Part shown: one piece after another, positions 12,401-27,400 of the stretch
How the letters are laid out: every line of letters starts with the position of its first letter
Position numbering within the stretch: position 1 is the stretch's first letter
Origin: Balanoglossus misakiensis
Taxonomy: Eukaryota > Animalia > Hemichordata
DNA: 64,000 bases
Reading direction: 5' to 3'
NCBI GenBank assembly: GCA_040954595.2
Contig: CM082584.2
Location: 5,336,110-5,400,109, forward strand
Translations under genes and position numbers: made by a program
The notes under the pieces: model-generated
Told to the model about the DNA's origin: nothing
Database searches by the model: none
What the model saw: the letters and a program-made list of their open reading frames with translations, nothing else

Positions 12401-15400
12401 GTTGCCGACATTCTGTTGCAATCCCTGGGCAGTGTTGGACTGTGGATTAATGCCATACACTTGTGGACCATAGCTTGTTGAATCTGCCGACGAAACAGAG
12501 AAGGATAGAGTATCACATACATGTACATTTGTACTATAGGTGAAATAGAAATGACATCAAAACAATCGACAGGACAGATATTGTAGGGCTTCACGAGAGG
12601 TATATCATTTGAATCACAGGTACTGTGCTACATGTACTAGTATTTATCCCTATGTCCTTTGGTAGAACGACAGCAATAATGCCCCTGACAAGGAACAGTT
12701 CTATAATTGTACACTGCACTGCATGTTCTGTGTTTTAGTGACATTTATATTGAACTGTGTATGTATTCGAGTTTACTTTACATGTGGTGATTTGGTCAAA
12801 AATATATTCAAATCAAGATTTATGGAGACTAGACCATACAGTGAGCAGAAGAGAACAAGTGTACATTTTCAACTTGAAAAAGAATTTAAATAACAGTGCA
12901 GAATAAATAATCTCAAAAACATGGTTAAAGGCAGACTGCCCCTTTTAAGTTAAGCCAGACATCAGACAGATTAAAGGGAGATGGTACTTTAATCCTTTTG
13001 AGGAACTGGTAGAAGACAACTGAAGCACCAACCACCCACATACAACACACTGAGTAACTCATTACCACCCAAGCACAGTTAATCCTATTCTGTAAACGAG
13101 GATTTCATTATGTTTAAACTCCAGTTATTGTCATGTAGATGATAACTGTAGCAGTGTATCTTGACAATGGACATTCTTTGCATATAACTGAATGGTATGC
13201 AGATGGAAAGACTTAACAACTGGAAGATCAGTTTACAGAGACAATCGTGTAAATTGACAAGATCGGGATTGGACGTGCTGGTGGAATTTTTTTCTTCTTC
13301 AGGAAACAGGGAAAACTTCCAGAATGAAATCCTATGAAGTACAACCACCCAGTGACTAGTTGTTTTTTTCTGAATTTGTTGGTTCTATTTTAGGACACTG
13401 TGATTCTGGAGTGAATTGTTTTTTATGCCTGAAGCCAATGATCACCCTTCTTACTATTTTTTTTTTATAAATATCCACCATGCACGAACACTGGCTGTTA
13501 TCAACCTTTTGTCAGAAATCCTTACAGGATATGGTGAATACTGTATATTGTGTGTTTTTTACGTGCTCTAGGCTATCCTATCTCTATTTTCTATGTGCAA
13601 TTAAAAAGCTGTTTTACATTGTAATAAATGTTCCGTCACTCCATGGGCCCAACAAAGACATAATTTGGTCCAGCTCGAAGCAAAAAATGAAGTATAAAAA
13701 AATGTAAATTGAAACAGCATGTCTATCAAAGGTCGGATATTTTCTGACCATGAACAAGATTGTAACTAAGAGCTTTCCTTGTCTATGCCATGTATACTCT
13801 GACTCAGAAATCGTGGAAATGTTTACCAAAATTAGTGTCAATTTGTGCATGGTATAAATCAAAATATGATCTTTTAATAAATTAATAAATGTCCTATTTC
13901 AATTCTCTCTCAATCATTACAAGAAAGATTTGAAAACTACTTCTGTGTCAGACCTGAATGAATGAATGAATGAATGAATGAATGAATGAATGAATGAATG
14001 AATGAATGAATGAATGAATGAATGAAAGGAACAATTGGGGACAACAACTAATATTTGACATGCCCGAATAAATGGATGGAAATATCTGAGTTGTGCTTTC
14101 CCTCGCTTGGACGTGATACAACTTCACACTTTCAAATTCATATTTGTATTGTTATAACAGGACAAACAGTAGAACAAATATATAAATTTGGCATTAGTTG
14201 TTGTCGGAGATACACATTGCCAACTCTGATACAAAACAGGGGCTAAAAATACACTGATTGTAAATTGTGTGTCAAATGCCATAGAAGAATGGGACGTGGC
14301 CACTAAAAATCATGCTTACATTCTTGGGATTATGTTAGAATTAACCCTAGGATAGGGCAAGTCATTATGGATGACACAGTCCCCACTAGATTATAGATTA
14401 GGGAAAACACTGGAGGATATCAGGATGGAGTGAAATCAGTCAAGGAATGTCTGCAAAATGGCTCAGAAGTTCTTTCTAAACTTCTATAACCACTGACAAA
14501 TAGTTTATATCACACACGTTTTAGTACTAAAATCTCCTTGTGAAATACTACGTAAAGCCACCTGTGTTAGTGGCCTCTTCTATATAGTGGAAACTTGTTG
14601 GTTCTGGTCACTTTGTTACACTCCCTGTGCAATTTACATGAGCATTAATTGACCTGTCTATAAAGACCACCTTTAAGGTTTAGTACAGTCACTTGACTAG
14701 TGGCTATTTAGACAAGTTTGACTGAAAGTTTGACTGAAACCGGTTCAGTCAAGTTTGTGTGATATCCAGTGGTCACATTGGATTGTTTCACAACACAAAA
14801 TTGACATCCATCTATCTGTACATTGTCCTTATACTGAGGCATAGACTATTTGATAGTACATGTATCATGAAGTAAATTGATGTGCGTATATGTTCTTCAT
14901 AATACATTGGCACATGCCAAGTTTGAGTGAAATTTGTCCAAGTATGTCTGATTACTGGCTAGCGACAGGCAGATAGACGGATGGATTGGATGGACTGACA
15001 GACAGACCCAACCTATCAGTCCCCAGACTCTGTCAGTGAGGACTAAACGACAACATGCACTGCAGTTTCTCTGCTTCAATTTAGACGAAGCCAGCAACAA
15101 ACATGCAGAATTACAGTTTACATTGATGGCAGTGAAATTGGATCTTTACTTTCAACAAGGGGTCAGGAACTGGAGATTCTTGACAATCCAGTCGTCACAA
15201 TACTACATAAATTACTGTAATAACAATCTTGTCAAAGTGCCAATGATATAGGATAACCAGAAATTGAAACATGGTGGTTAGTGACTGTATGGATTCCTCA
15301 TCAAAGCTGCAGTTTGATAATTTGCACACTCTAGATTAATGAAACAGCACTTGAAAACTGTTTACAGCCTCCGTGGTACAGAAATGTTCGCATTTTTGTT

Positions 15401-18400
15401 CATCCTGAAAAATCTTCAAATTGCCTTTGATATTCATTGAGTTTCCTCCACTATTTATTTTGGAGAATGGTAACTCAATTAGAATGATGTTTGTTGTAGA
15501 CAGAAGAGGCACAAAATGTGAATCCATTATTTGTGTAGTTTGGTAAACACAGCCATTAATGTGGTTGCAACCTATTAATTACCCTTTTCTTCAAATATGT
15601 ATTTATGTGTTTCTGTCAAATGTTTGACAGGCAGGTGATACTAGCCTCTCAGAAGCAATAGCATGTTTCATTATAGTTGAAAATCACGAAAAATATGGAC
15701 AAAGTTCTGTACCATCCATGGTTCTTTAACTTATCAACGGACAGAACGAGTGAGTGAGTCAAAAACATCTTTATTGCCACCCCTCCCCCACATATGGCAA
15801 CAATTACAGCCAAATAACAGAAAACATTTGGCCTAGAAGTTCATAAATACCAGTATATTATTAATATCCAAACATACACTGTCATGCCGAACTTTTGATC
15901 TCAACACATTTTTAATCAATTACAAAGTACATGTACTTGAAGCGCAGATCAGGTCAGTCTGCCTACAGTTACCCATATAAAAACTCCAGACAAATATCAT
16001 TGTGCATTTTTGATGCTAGTTGTTTTGAGTTACCAGAAAATCTGTCAACAGACAGAAGAGTGGACACAGATTGTAAGACATATATACACATTGACACACA
16101 AATACATAACAGAACAGAAACAGGCACATGCATACGTGCACTCGCACACTCACATAATCTAATAAGATCCTTAAGGGTTGATTCATGTGATCTAGTGGGG
16201 GGGGGGGGGGTATATATACCAATTTTTTCTCTCTCCAAATATTACACATCTATGCAGGCATTCACCTTAATCAAATCAACATAAAACAAACTGTCTCATG
16301 TCATACAAAAATGATCTCCATTTCTGGAGCTGCATCATACTTTTAGTTACAAAATTTAGCTTTAAAAAAACCCACCAAAAACAGTTCAAACTTTGTAAAT
16401 CTAACACCCGATATACACTTCACAACCTTAAACAAATCAATTGTTCGATCAAACGGAAAACTGAGTCAGTGTCAACAAATATGACTGAAGACTACGTCAC
16501 ACTGTTTGTGGCAAGGAGCGGTTCATGTTGCAATTTGAGAATATATTCTGAAAAAGAAGCCTGTCAGACAAGGCAAAATGGCCGATTGTTTCACTGGCTA
16601 TACATTCTCTACTTTTGGAGCCTGACATCAACATACATGCACCATGAGTGAAAGAAACTACATGTAGAAATATTTTAAAAGTTCAAAAGTTACAGCTGTA
16701 GTGTCCCTACAAATGGAGTTATTGAATTTCCATTTCTGTTGTGTTTACTGTGTTCAATCGTACTCATGCAGTCATATAAGCTGAAAACACGTAGACCAGG
16801 AATTGAAGTTGACCAGTGTACGAGCCACATGGCCTTAACACATGTACACCAACCATCCTACCATGTTGAATCCAAACAAAATACAGCCAAGCTAAATCAA
16901 ACCTGTCGTATTCATGAATACACAATATTCTGCTCAGTGTAACTTTGAAAATAACTATGAAGCCATACAATCACCAAAAGTGTCTATATAACTAAAACCG
17001 GCTCCTACAAATGCACACACAAACAGCAACCACAATCCATCTTCATGACCCGCTTTCACGTATTGACTTAACTAGTTTTTGATTATGTTAAACTGTGCAT
17101 GCTTGGCGAATTGAATATTGTATGCGCTGAGCACTCAGTGTTGTGCTACGTTCCGATTCAAATCCTTTCATGGGTCGCCCGCTAATCCACTAATCTCATT
17201 ATATAAGCTCCGTTGTCTCGTAAGACTCCGCCACACAGCGAACACAATGTACCCTAACTTCGCTAAAAGCCCACTGGCGGGGTCCATTTCACACTTACTG
17301 CACCATCACACTACAGTTAGATTTGAACGGTGACCTCTCTCCTGGTAATTATAGACGGTGACAAGACTTCTGGTGGCAGTGGATATAGGGGCAACGGTTG
17401 TACACGGAAACACCAGCCAGCGAAAAACGGCCGACACCTAGAAACGCACAGCCAGGCAACCGTGAAGCTCCCCATGAATCAAATAATTGTCCCAATCAGT
17501 TTTATTCAATCACATTTAATCAGTTATTAGAAAAGAATTGCGAGATTGACTATTGGTGGGCATAAAAGGCAGCTGAATAAAGCCGCGAGGCACAATGGTC
17601 TGAAAGGAAACATACTTTCCACTATTGAAATGCTATCATCCATGGCAAAAAACACAAATTACGTGCTTACCATAGCTGCATACTGGAGTGAAAAGCAACC
17701 AAGACTTTTGCATGGCAAATACGCAACCATCCAACACACGTGTATTGCCATGGCCACCATCGGGAAAGTCTGAACACTATACACGTGTCCTAATTCTTAA
17801 CAACAAAGGCACTACTTTCTTTAAGCTGCGATTTCAAACTACCGGCAAAACTTGATCACTGGACATTCTGAACTCATAACTGAACGGTACTACAAACGTT
17901 TGAAGCAGATATAACGGTATACTGGTACCTAGGAGTTACAGGTAGCTTTAGAAACACCCAAGTATTCTGCTAAATAAAACTCTCCTCTCAAAACTCAGGT
18001 ATATTAAAATCAACAGACATAGCTCTTAGTCTTAACTTCTGATAATTAAATGTTGAAGATCATGTGATGATTTTGGTTTGGTTTGATATGTAGCAGTGTT
18101 TATTAACGACTCAACATATGTAAATGAGGTAAACCAGAAGCCGAAGTTTTTGGAGGAATTAGAGGAAATCATGGTGGAATAAAACTACGGTTTATATTGG
18201 AACACATCACAAAACAATTGACAGCCACGCTGAATCGTATTTGACAGGCATTGGTGAAGTAATTCATGCCTGTGAGAGAAATAGTTAAGAGACACTCAAT
18301 AGCTGCCTGAGGCCATATTGGATTGGATTGCAAAACGGACTGATGCATGAATGAGTATACATCACAGTACAATTGTTTGCGCACCAAGTTTGAATGGAAT

Positions 18401-21400
18401 CTGTTCAAAGTTTGCAGGTAACAGGAAATTCATTGACGTAATCCAGATTTTTGTTTCACCAGAGAGGGTACCCACTCATACATGCTTGTGAAGGATGTTT
18501 AACCCTTTCACCCCCCAGTTCTCTGTTTAGAGGTCCAATCTTACCATACAAAACAATGGGTTTGGACTGGACCATGGTGGTGAAAGGGTTAAATAATACC
18601 TTGTTGCAATGTCATTTTGGAGCCAAGACCTGCAAAGTGGACGTGTATGAGTCTCCTAAAGATAGCACTGTTTTCATGTGACCATCCACTGATTGGCTAT
18701 TAAATCGCCACTTTCCATGGATAAACACAGCTAAATTTGCATCTATACCTTTCACACACTGACACTGCCTCACCAAAGTTAAATTATTTGGGGTTATTTG
18801 TGCGTCACGGAAGACATGATCCTGCGAACTGAAACTACATCAAGCCATCAGTTACCAAGACTTTAATTACTCTGTCCGTTTGCAATATGCTCAAGTGACA
18901 ATATTAGGCATGTCACTGTAATAAATAAGCCATGTGAAATATTTCTACAAGCAGGCTACAAGTGTGGCTGTAACACAACCAGCAATTTAGAAATTTTCAT
19001 TGAGCAATAAAAAATTCAGTCCCATTAAGAACAACGCTAGAGGAAGCCATGTTGGATTGAAATCAATGCTGGAACTAAACGTGAAAAACAAAATGGGTCA
19101 GCACAACCCCTGGACGAAAACCAGGAGCCATCCATCACAATTATGACCAGCATGTCAGGACTTTGTTAACCCTTACAATGCCATAGACTTTACACCTGTA
19201 GATATTAGACACATGACGCATAAGATGATCTGTGGCTAATATCTCCAGGTACTCTCACATTAGGATTAGCATATGTTACGAAAAATCACTGACATTGAGT
19301 CTTGAATATTCGTTTCCATAAAATTTCTAAAATGAAATATTTCTAGTTCTAATAAAAATGCAAACATAAATGGACCTGCCTCAGCAACACCCAAGAATCT
19401 GATTTATGTGTGACTTCAAGTGCTCACCACGACATCATATTTCTCCATGGAGATACTCTGACTTTCAAGTTTGATAATCAAACGTACAAAATCAAGTTTG
19501 ATTCTAGACTGAAACTTACTCTCACTTTGCTGTCATTTCATAGTATTTTTTTCTAAATTTTCCTCTTTTTTTTGCAGTATACAATGCACATGTGAAGATG
19601 GTTCTGATATTCCATTCACTCTCAGATGTGAAATAACAGTGATCTAGTGTAAGTATCAGCTTTAATTTTGGAACAAACCTAGTAAGCAACATGTTGATGT
19701 TTATTGGCATCAAAGGTTTTCCTAAATTGGCTGTACCTACTAAGCTTTGTGAACTTCAACATCTACCGTTCATATTCCGGTGTATATGATTTACGGTGTA
19801 AATCGTGATTGCCTGCCGGTTATATTCCATTCATCAGCTTGTACAAGCAGAAATGGTTACATAATGTGAAAAATTGGTCGTGACAAATACTGCCTGCATC
19901 CCTTTGTTGTCATGACATTTGTGGTCGTATTCCTCATCTATTCTCCGATTATCAAATGTCAATGCTGAAATGTCACAAATGAGGGTTCACGATTGCTCTA
20001 GGCTGAGACATCAAAAGACATCCTGAATATTATAGAACTATCATTCAGTTCAAGTAGTCGTGTAGTTGTTTACGCGATATCCCTTTTTTGTTTTCTACGA
20101 GAAGACTTAGTACTGAAACATAGCAACAGCAGAGTGGGTTTCATTAGCAAGAAAACGACAACAAGAATCCACAAAAGTCACTCAATTAGAGATTTCGCCA
20201 ATTCGACCGATTGCAAATCACGGCAGATTCTCTCACTAACCTGAACCACGTTTCCTGGAGTCCAAAAGAGGAGGTTGAATTCGGTGCCTCATCTTGCCTT
20301 CAATTCATCACACTCACAGACTTTTCAAGAACCGTGCATGCAGGCCACGACTCTTACAGTCAACCACACAATTCCAAATGGCAAATTCAATTTCTGATTA
20401 CACGATAAAAACTACCTGATTATCGGGTTTGGAAAGTCTAAATTAGCCCATCGTCATATACGTCAGTATTAAACATTAATAAGTCTCAGTGGGAATTTTA
20501 AAGAAGATTTTTTTCCCCTGAGGTGGTTAATCATCAAAATCACTTTTTGTTGCTGCAAAAAGTCCGTCACGCCACAACTGATGACACTGAATGTAGTGCC
20601 ACTCATTAAAAAGTTTGACAGACTTACTTTTATTTTAAAACTTTGCCTACGTCCTAATGAATATTGAAAAGTTTGACAGACTTACTTTTATTTTAAAACT
20701 TTGCCTACGTCCTAATGAATATTAAAAAGTTTGACAGACTTACTTTTATTTTAAAAGTTTGCCTACGTCCTAATGAATGAACTTCAGAATATCTGGCCCA
20801 TTTACAAAGAATATGCTAATTACAAACAAAAATCAATATAGGGTAGAAATGCCATTTTTGCTTTAATAATGTACATAATCTTTTAACAATCTTTTTAATA
20901 AGTCCGGTTGAGTGCAAGATAATCCATACAGTGTACAAGTAAACAACAAAAACAATGTCAACATTTTAAAACAAGTATTTATTTTTGAATTGTCATTTCT
21001 TGTCAAACAGTCTATTACTTTCATTGGTATCTCCCAGCACCCATTGGGTATGTACAGTTTTCTTCTTGCGTATGTTATGTCCCTAACTAACCTATTTGTA
21101 ATCTATTGCAACAGACTACAATTGTGCATTATAGACGTACATGTAACTCCCCTACTCCAACTGTGACCAGCATATGGTGAACAACCACAATTTTCACAGA
21201 GTAAATCTTTTCGGCCGAATCAACATCTGATCTGACTGGGGGTCCCCTCAATTCATGGTCTTTCGGGGATATAATGGTAGAGACCTACAGGTTTATTGTT
21301 GTTCCTTGTTTTTATACTTATTTGTTCTCTATTCTCACAGCTGCCTCTAACTAAACAAAAGCAAAATGATTATGGTTCTTCTAAAGATGAGCTGCTTTAA

Positions 21401-24400
21401 CGTAGGTCTGAAATAAACAGGTGTTGCCAAGCCCTGTCTGTTTTTGTCTGATTTTGTTTGTATTTAAAACTGAAGAGAAAAGAACATGTTGTAGACTTTA
21501 AATGAATTGTTTTTTTTATTGCCTGTGGTCAGTACGCAAGTACTCATGGTTTATAATTTAAAATAAATTGAAAACTGATAGCGATATCACTACATGTATA
21601 TTCAACTATTTGCTGAGCCTTCATGAAAAACAAATCAGAAAACATACAACAAGCAATCTGACACAAGTCTGATGACACACATTCTTGCTTTGAAACGATG
21701 GGGTGGGGGGGGGGAATGTGTGATATTTATAATTATTACAATCCTTCACTTTTGAACTGATGGATGGGGGGGGGGGTTGAACTATTTATTAAAGCCACAA
21801 TAGCTGCCAATTTTACCATATTTTCAATCTATTGAATATTTCAATTTTCTCCTTATCCTAATAGTTGTCAAATGACATTATGTTGACTTTGCGGGGATTT
21901 TAATACCCATGTGCGCATACCAGGATAGTTGTGTACTCTTGCAATGGACAGTTGAATAAAAGGGTGTGGAACCCGTTTATTCTTTACCTTGTTCATATTT
22001 AAATGTACAGCCACAATCAGAGTGGATAATATGTATACCTGCCAAATAACTCACATGTGCCGACCATTTTAAGTTCGAAAGAAAAATCATGAAAATTTTT
22101 CGAAATTTGCAGCTATTGAGGCTTTAATATACAGGTGTTTCACATGGACAGATTGTTCACAGTTATGATGTTGGGCCATGTAGGTCACACAAAAAGCAGA
22201 TGTCTTCTTGAAACGGTTGATGCCTACCACTATGCCTCAGGAGTAGAAAAAAGAAGCCCTACAAATCCCTGAATTTTCTACGTCATAGTAAAACTGAAAG
22301 TCAAGTGCAAGATTCTAATTGTGAATGGAGTGTATTCTGATACAACATTGATACAGTTCAACCATTTTTTCATTTGTAAAACTAACTCTGGTCGAGTGGT
22401 TTTACTTTACAACATTCTTTGTGTGGATCTCGGCTTTAAACCAATGTTTGTTTTCTTGTGAGTATTACAATTTGATTGTACAGTGTAGACACTTGATAGA
22501 CTGATCCAACTTCACTACATTTATGACTGTGGTTTATCTCCACTAATTAAAATCACTCTCTTATTTGTAGTTTGAGAAATAAACTTTACAAAACTGCCCA
22601 ATAAACTAAGTCAACAAAAGCGAGAATCTCAATGCACTGAAGTTCGTACCGACCCAAGTTCAACGTTGAATGATTATACGTCTTTGCTGATGACCACACA
22701 AATAGCACTTTTGGGGGATTTTAATCCGCAACGTACAACTTTGCAGCCTCCTTAGTGAATAGGACACGTGGAAGCAATCAACTAAATGAATAAAAGTGAA
22801 CATTGCCGCGTGGCGCACAATACGCAACAAGCCTTGGTTTTTACTCTTTACTAATCAGACCTTTGATTATGGATACATACGGATACTTGTCCACAACTCC
22901 AAAACATTCAATTAATGGGGGGTTTATTTACTTCTAACTCAACACTGAACAATATATCTGCACTATCGCACAAAAGAGGGACGCAACGCAGCAGGCATGT
23001 GTCGACAATCTCACAGAAATCGGACTATCGGCTCAGATATAAAGAGAGAGAAAGAAGACAGCTGCTTCACCAACTGTGGGGTCATCATAGTTTTTGGAGG
23101 CAAGAGGCGTATCTTAGCAACCCCAGCCCACATCTCAATATTGAGTGAATGCAGCATAGCAGCAGTTTTTTCTTCTTCGTCACAACACAACAAAACTGAG
23201 TCGGGGAAAATAACATGACTGATTGGAACGGGCCACCATTCAATGCCATCAACACTCTATGGATATATACAATATACAACAAGTTGTTGAATTATGCACC
23301 TGTAGCTGTAGTAGAGAAAATCTTACAGATGTATGCATGCACATCTGTAAGTTACAACCAACCTCCAAACATCAACATACTACATTTCTCTTGTGCCTAT
23401 GTGAACAACTCCATGTGTCCTGCCTATAACTATGGTGAATTCTGTGTCCAGTTGGGATTGTATTTTAACAAAATCTGTAATATTTAACACAATTCTGCAG
23501 TAAATGCAATCTTTTTCTGTTTTTTTAAAGCTGATTAAAGAGTCAGAAAGAACAAAGTCTTCTGCAAGTGATCTGAGATGGTCAAAACTACATGTACTCA
23601 GCTGTTGTGTTCAATTTGATAAAAGTTGTCAGGATAATGGCTGTATGAACCCCCATACTACAAAACATGTTCCGAAGAAGAAGACTTTTTGGCAAAATAT
23701 CAAATCTTTGACATTGCATGTATATAATTGAATTAGGTCACCAGAGGATATGTGTGCATATCCAGATCCCACTACGTCGAACTTACAGGGCAATTCCACG
23801 AAACGATAGTCTTCATTTTGCTCCCTGAAGGAGTCCCAATTTCACATCCGTTTTATGTCTATTTGTATGGTAGTTGAATATTTCCAGTCTTCCTGTTTAC
23901 TGGAGTTTTGATGTGTGACTGAAAATCTCGGTGTTTTTTTTTTTTTTTTAGGGGGGGGGGTACAATCATATACCCATTCATTAACAGCATTTAATTAATC
24001 CATCTGTCTAGGACAGAGACACGCAATGCAAAAATAAAAGATTTAACACAATCAGCCAAAATCTAATTCTGACAACACCAATTTACTTTGGTGTCGAATT
24101 AGCATCAGCTGATCGAATACATGAAGGGTTATTCCGTTAATGACCAAACTTTCCTCAGACACTGTAGAACCCTAATCTCATGGGTGAAAATAATAGATTG
24201 TGCTAAAAGCTCTGTCCCCAGTTTCATTTCAGAGATTAGAACGATCGGTCCAGCTGAAGAGTATCTGTAGGGGGTTCAGGCGTAATGGTTTAGTTCTCCG
24301 TCAAGTTCTTTGACTTTAAATCCCTTTCAGCTGTCAGATCTGAATGGATAATGGTCTGTTCCTGTGACAGACTAAATTAACATGGCGTAGAAGAGAGGGT

Positions 24401-27400
24401 TAAGACTGGCTGGCTGCTCCATCTTTAAAGGGGCAACCGCAAGTACATTGCCCAGAACACTTCTTCAAAGTGTAAATCATGCGTGCACAATAGACTTGGT
24501 TTTGTCTGAGGAAGCAAAAGATCAGTTAACCTAACCCCAAGGCCAAAATTAAAGGGCCACTGTCGAAACTTCTGGCTATTGTTTTCAGTACTTTTGTCTT
24601 GTGTATCAAGTACATTTTCTTGTTCTCTCTACAGTATCCCAATACGCCCAGTTTTTGGCTTGTATGCGTACTGATCAACATTTAGATTTCCATATCTTCT
24701 ACATTTCACATTTGACCCTGGCATTTTCAATATTCATACCTACATTTTCCAAATTCATTAACACATTTTCAACATTGGTATCCATATTCTCAACTTTCCA
24801 TTCCTCCTAGTCATCATTTGAGAGCTCATCTTACATTTGAACATCACCTACATTTTTCTCTTCACCCTTCACGGTGGGTTTTGGCACCTCTAAGTTGCTT
24901 CACTTTAGTCCATCACTTTCATTCTGCCAGGGCAGTGATGTCAGACCACATTTAGAGTTACGTTGTATGATGTCACCAATCAATTCGTCTTATCCATGAG
25001 GGTTAATTGTTCAACAGGGTCTGCCAGTGACAAACCAACTGGCAGACGTCCTGCCAGATTCTCACACCCAAGTGCAAGGTCACTCTCACCCTCTGTCAGG
25101 ACAAGTCAAGGTCATGCAAAAAGGCCTCAACAAATTACTACACAGATATCATGGATATGAACAGACTCCACCTTGCCCACACTCATGCAATCAGGTAACG
25201 CATGTCCAAATCATGGGAATGGGGGAATGGAATGCTGAAAATGGAATTATCTTGAAAAATGACCGAACTTTGGCCAGAGGGCATCATTTAATGAATTCAT
25301 TTTAAAGCTGGCATACTCATTTTTTATCCCACCAAACTCAACCAAGAATAACCGTAACCAAAACATCTTAGCAATTATGTATAGGCTGCATAATCACCTC
25401 ATATTGACAGAATACATGATAATTAGCAATATACATCGGACAAGGGTCACAAAAAGGTCTTCACAAACCACTCGTATTAGGGGCAAGTCCTTGACAGTTG
25501 AAGGTCCAGACCCTAAGTGGACAGAAACACTTTCCTACCCGTCATATCATCTTATATCATTAAACAAGTCATTGTAAATGACACAGTCCTCAATAAATCA
25601 CTTATCAGTAGATAATGAAAACATTGGAGGAAATCATGGTGGAATGAAATCAGTTAAGGTATGACATTTTGACATGTCTGCAAAATGGTTCACTGTACTT
25701 CAAATTTGAGAAATAGTTTTGGACATAAAAAATCATCATTAAAAGGGTGCTGAGAGGCCAAATTTATAAGATCATATATAATCCTGACAAGAAATTATAT
25801 GCATTTAAATCAATACATCATGGTACACTGTCTTTCTTTCAAAATTGAATAAAACATCTTCAGTCATTTCTGAACAATAGCTCAAGACAATTTTTTTTTA
25901 TAACAAAATGGTTGCCAAGCAACCACTATTAAATCATATTGTTACACACATTAGCATTATCAATTTTAATGAAAAATGATCTGGCATATTTGCATAATCA
26001 TAATAGCTCTGGATCTTAAACAATTATAACAAAATTTTTATGTGGTGCATATAAGATCATAAATTGCAAAGCAACTGACATAAATGTCTTCATCTCAGTA
26101 CATTTAATATCTTTGTAACAAGTTGGAACTGCTTTGGTTGAAGTCTGAGTACTGGCTCTAGACGGACAAATAGACAGACAGACAGACAGACAGACAGACG
26201 GACGGACAGAGCAAAATCTATATATCCCACAGGCGAAGTGACCTACTTTGTAAAGGTCACTGCCTTTGCCAAGTACAGACCAGATGGCTTCAGTGAAACA
26301 CTACAATTCACATCATATAATATAGAGTGTTATATACAAAATCTGAAATAGGCCTAGCCATCTCCCTTCAATGGCACTTCACTTGTCCACATCAATTGAA
26401 ATGCTCTAAAACGTAAATACCATTTGCATGTTGACCCAAGATTTGCTTGTCAGCTTAACACTTTTCTCACGTCATTTACATACTTCACGTCTGCAAAGCC
26501 TCAACAGAAAAGAAAACAGAAATCAAGCAATTATTGAGTGGACTCGATTGCATCTTAGCAACCGCTGTCCACTCAATCTATTTTGGATTAGTTCAGTAAT
26601 TGACGTAATTGACATACATTACGGTCTACATCGGCAGTTCCCTAGAAATGTATATGGAGTATTTGAATGTCACACGAGGATATACACACTGGAAAAAATA
26701 GAGCCACAACAGAACAGCTTTGGCGCAACAATCAGTGCACAAAACCTCTGAACCACGTCACCATCCCTAAAAAGGAATGGGTAAAGTGACCCGGTCGGAC
26801 GTCACACGATTTTCGCGTATCAACAATACAGACATGGCTCTGATAACACACACGCAGGTCTGGTGTGAAACTGGCCAGGATCACTTCTCCCAGAAACTTG
26901 ACAATTTTTTGTACTAGTCTGTATCTCGTATTGAACACTGAACACTTTTTTCTGTTCAGTGAAGTCAATTCTTGTCGATAATAAAATGGCAAACTTTCAC
27001 AGACAGGGCATTAAATTTATATACATACGATACACTGTTCGCCAGGCAGGAACATATTGTTGGATGTAGAATTACTGTGGAAAACTTTACTTTCACTGAA
27101 CTCATTTCCATTATCTCTGTACGTATCTTTTCCATCAAAATTATCCCAGTGAAAACTCATATGTTTCCATTTTTTTTGACAAACATTCAATCCCACAGAA
27201 ATATCAGGGAACACGACAAGTTGACATTGCAAATTCTCTTTTTTTTCCTGTTCAAATAAAGTTTTGTTGCATAAAGATATGCCAATGGAATTTTTGGATG
27301 GTGTAATCTTTGGCTTTGTAGTTGTACAGTGTCACTTTCACAAAACTGCAAAACAAACATTATATGTACAGAATTAGGCACCTAAAGCCGGGATTGGACA

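Noticed and set aside
7835-12483. Identity as GLI/Ci, GLIS2 or ZIC
   Set aside because: Finger residues [10 protein letters not shown] and [10 protein letters not shown], the HLDTKPY linker and KEQQARKK are GLIS1/3-type. GLI has FKAQYMLVVH and LENLKTH.
12925-12948. Mini palindrome TTAAAGGCAGACTGCCCCTTTTAA as a collapsed TTAA element
   Set aside because: It is too short and imperfect to distinguish from chance.
14540-14730. Degenerate GACCACCT/CCTGTCTA-rich stretch resembling an old mariner-type MITE
   Set aside because: The termini and target duplication cannot be resolved.
19578-19648. Plus-strand exon-like signal (tttttttgcag ... gtaagt) suggesting an antisense transcript
   Set aside because: It is isolated with no partner exons, and such pairs are expected by chance in AT-rich DNA.
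20605-20778. Direct repeats as a possible CRISPR array
   Set aside because: The units are head-to-tail with no unique spacers, in a eukaryotic intron with no cas genes.
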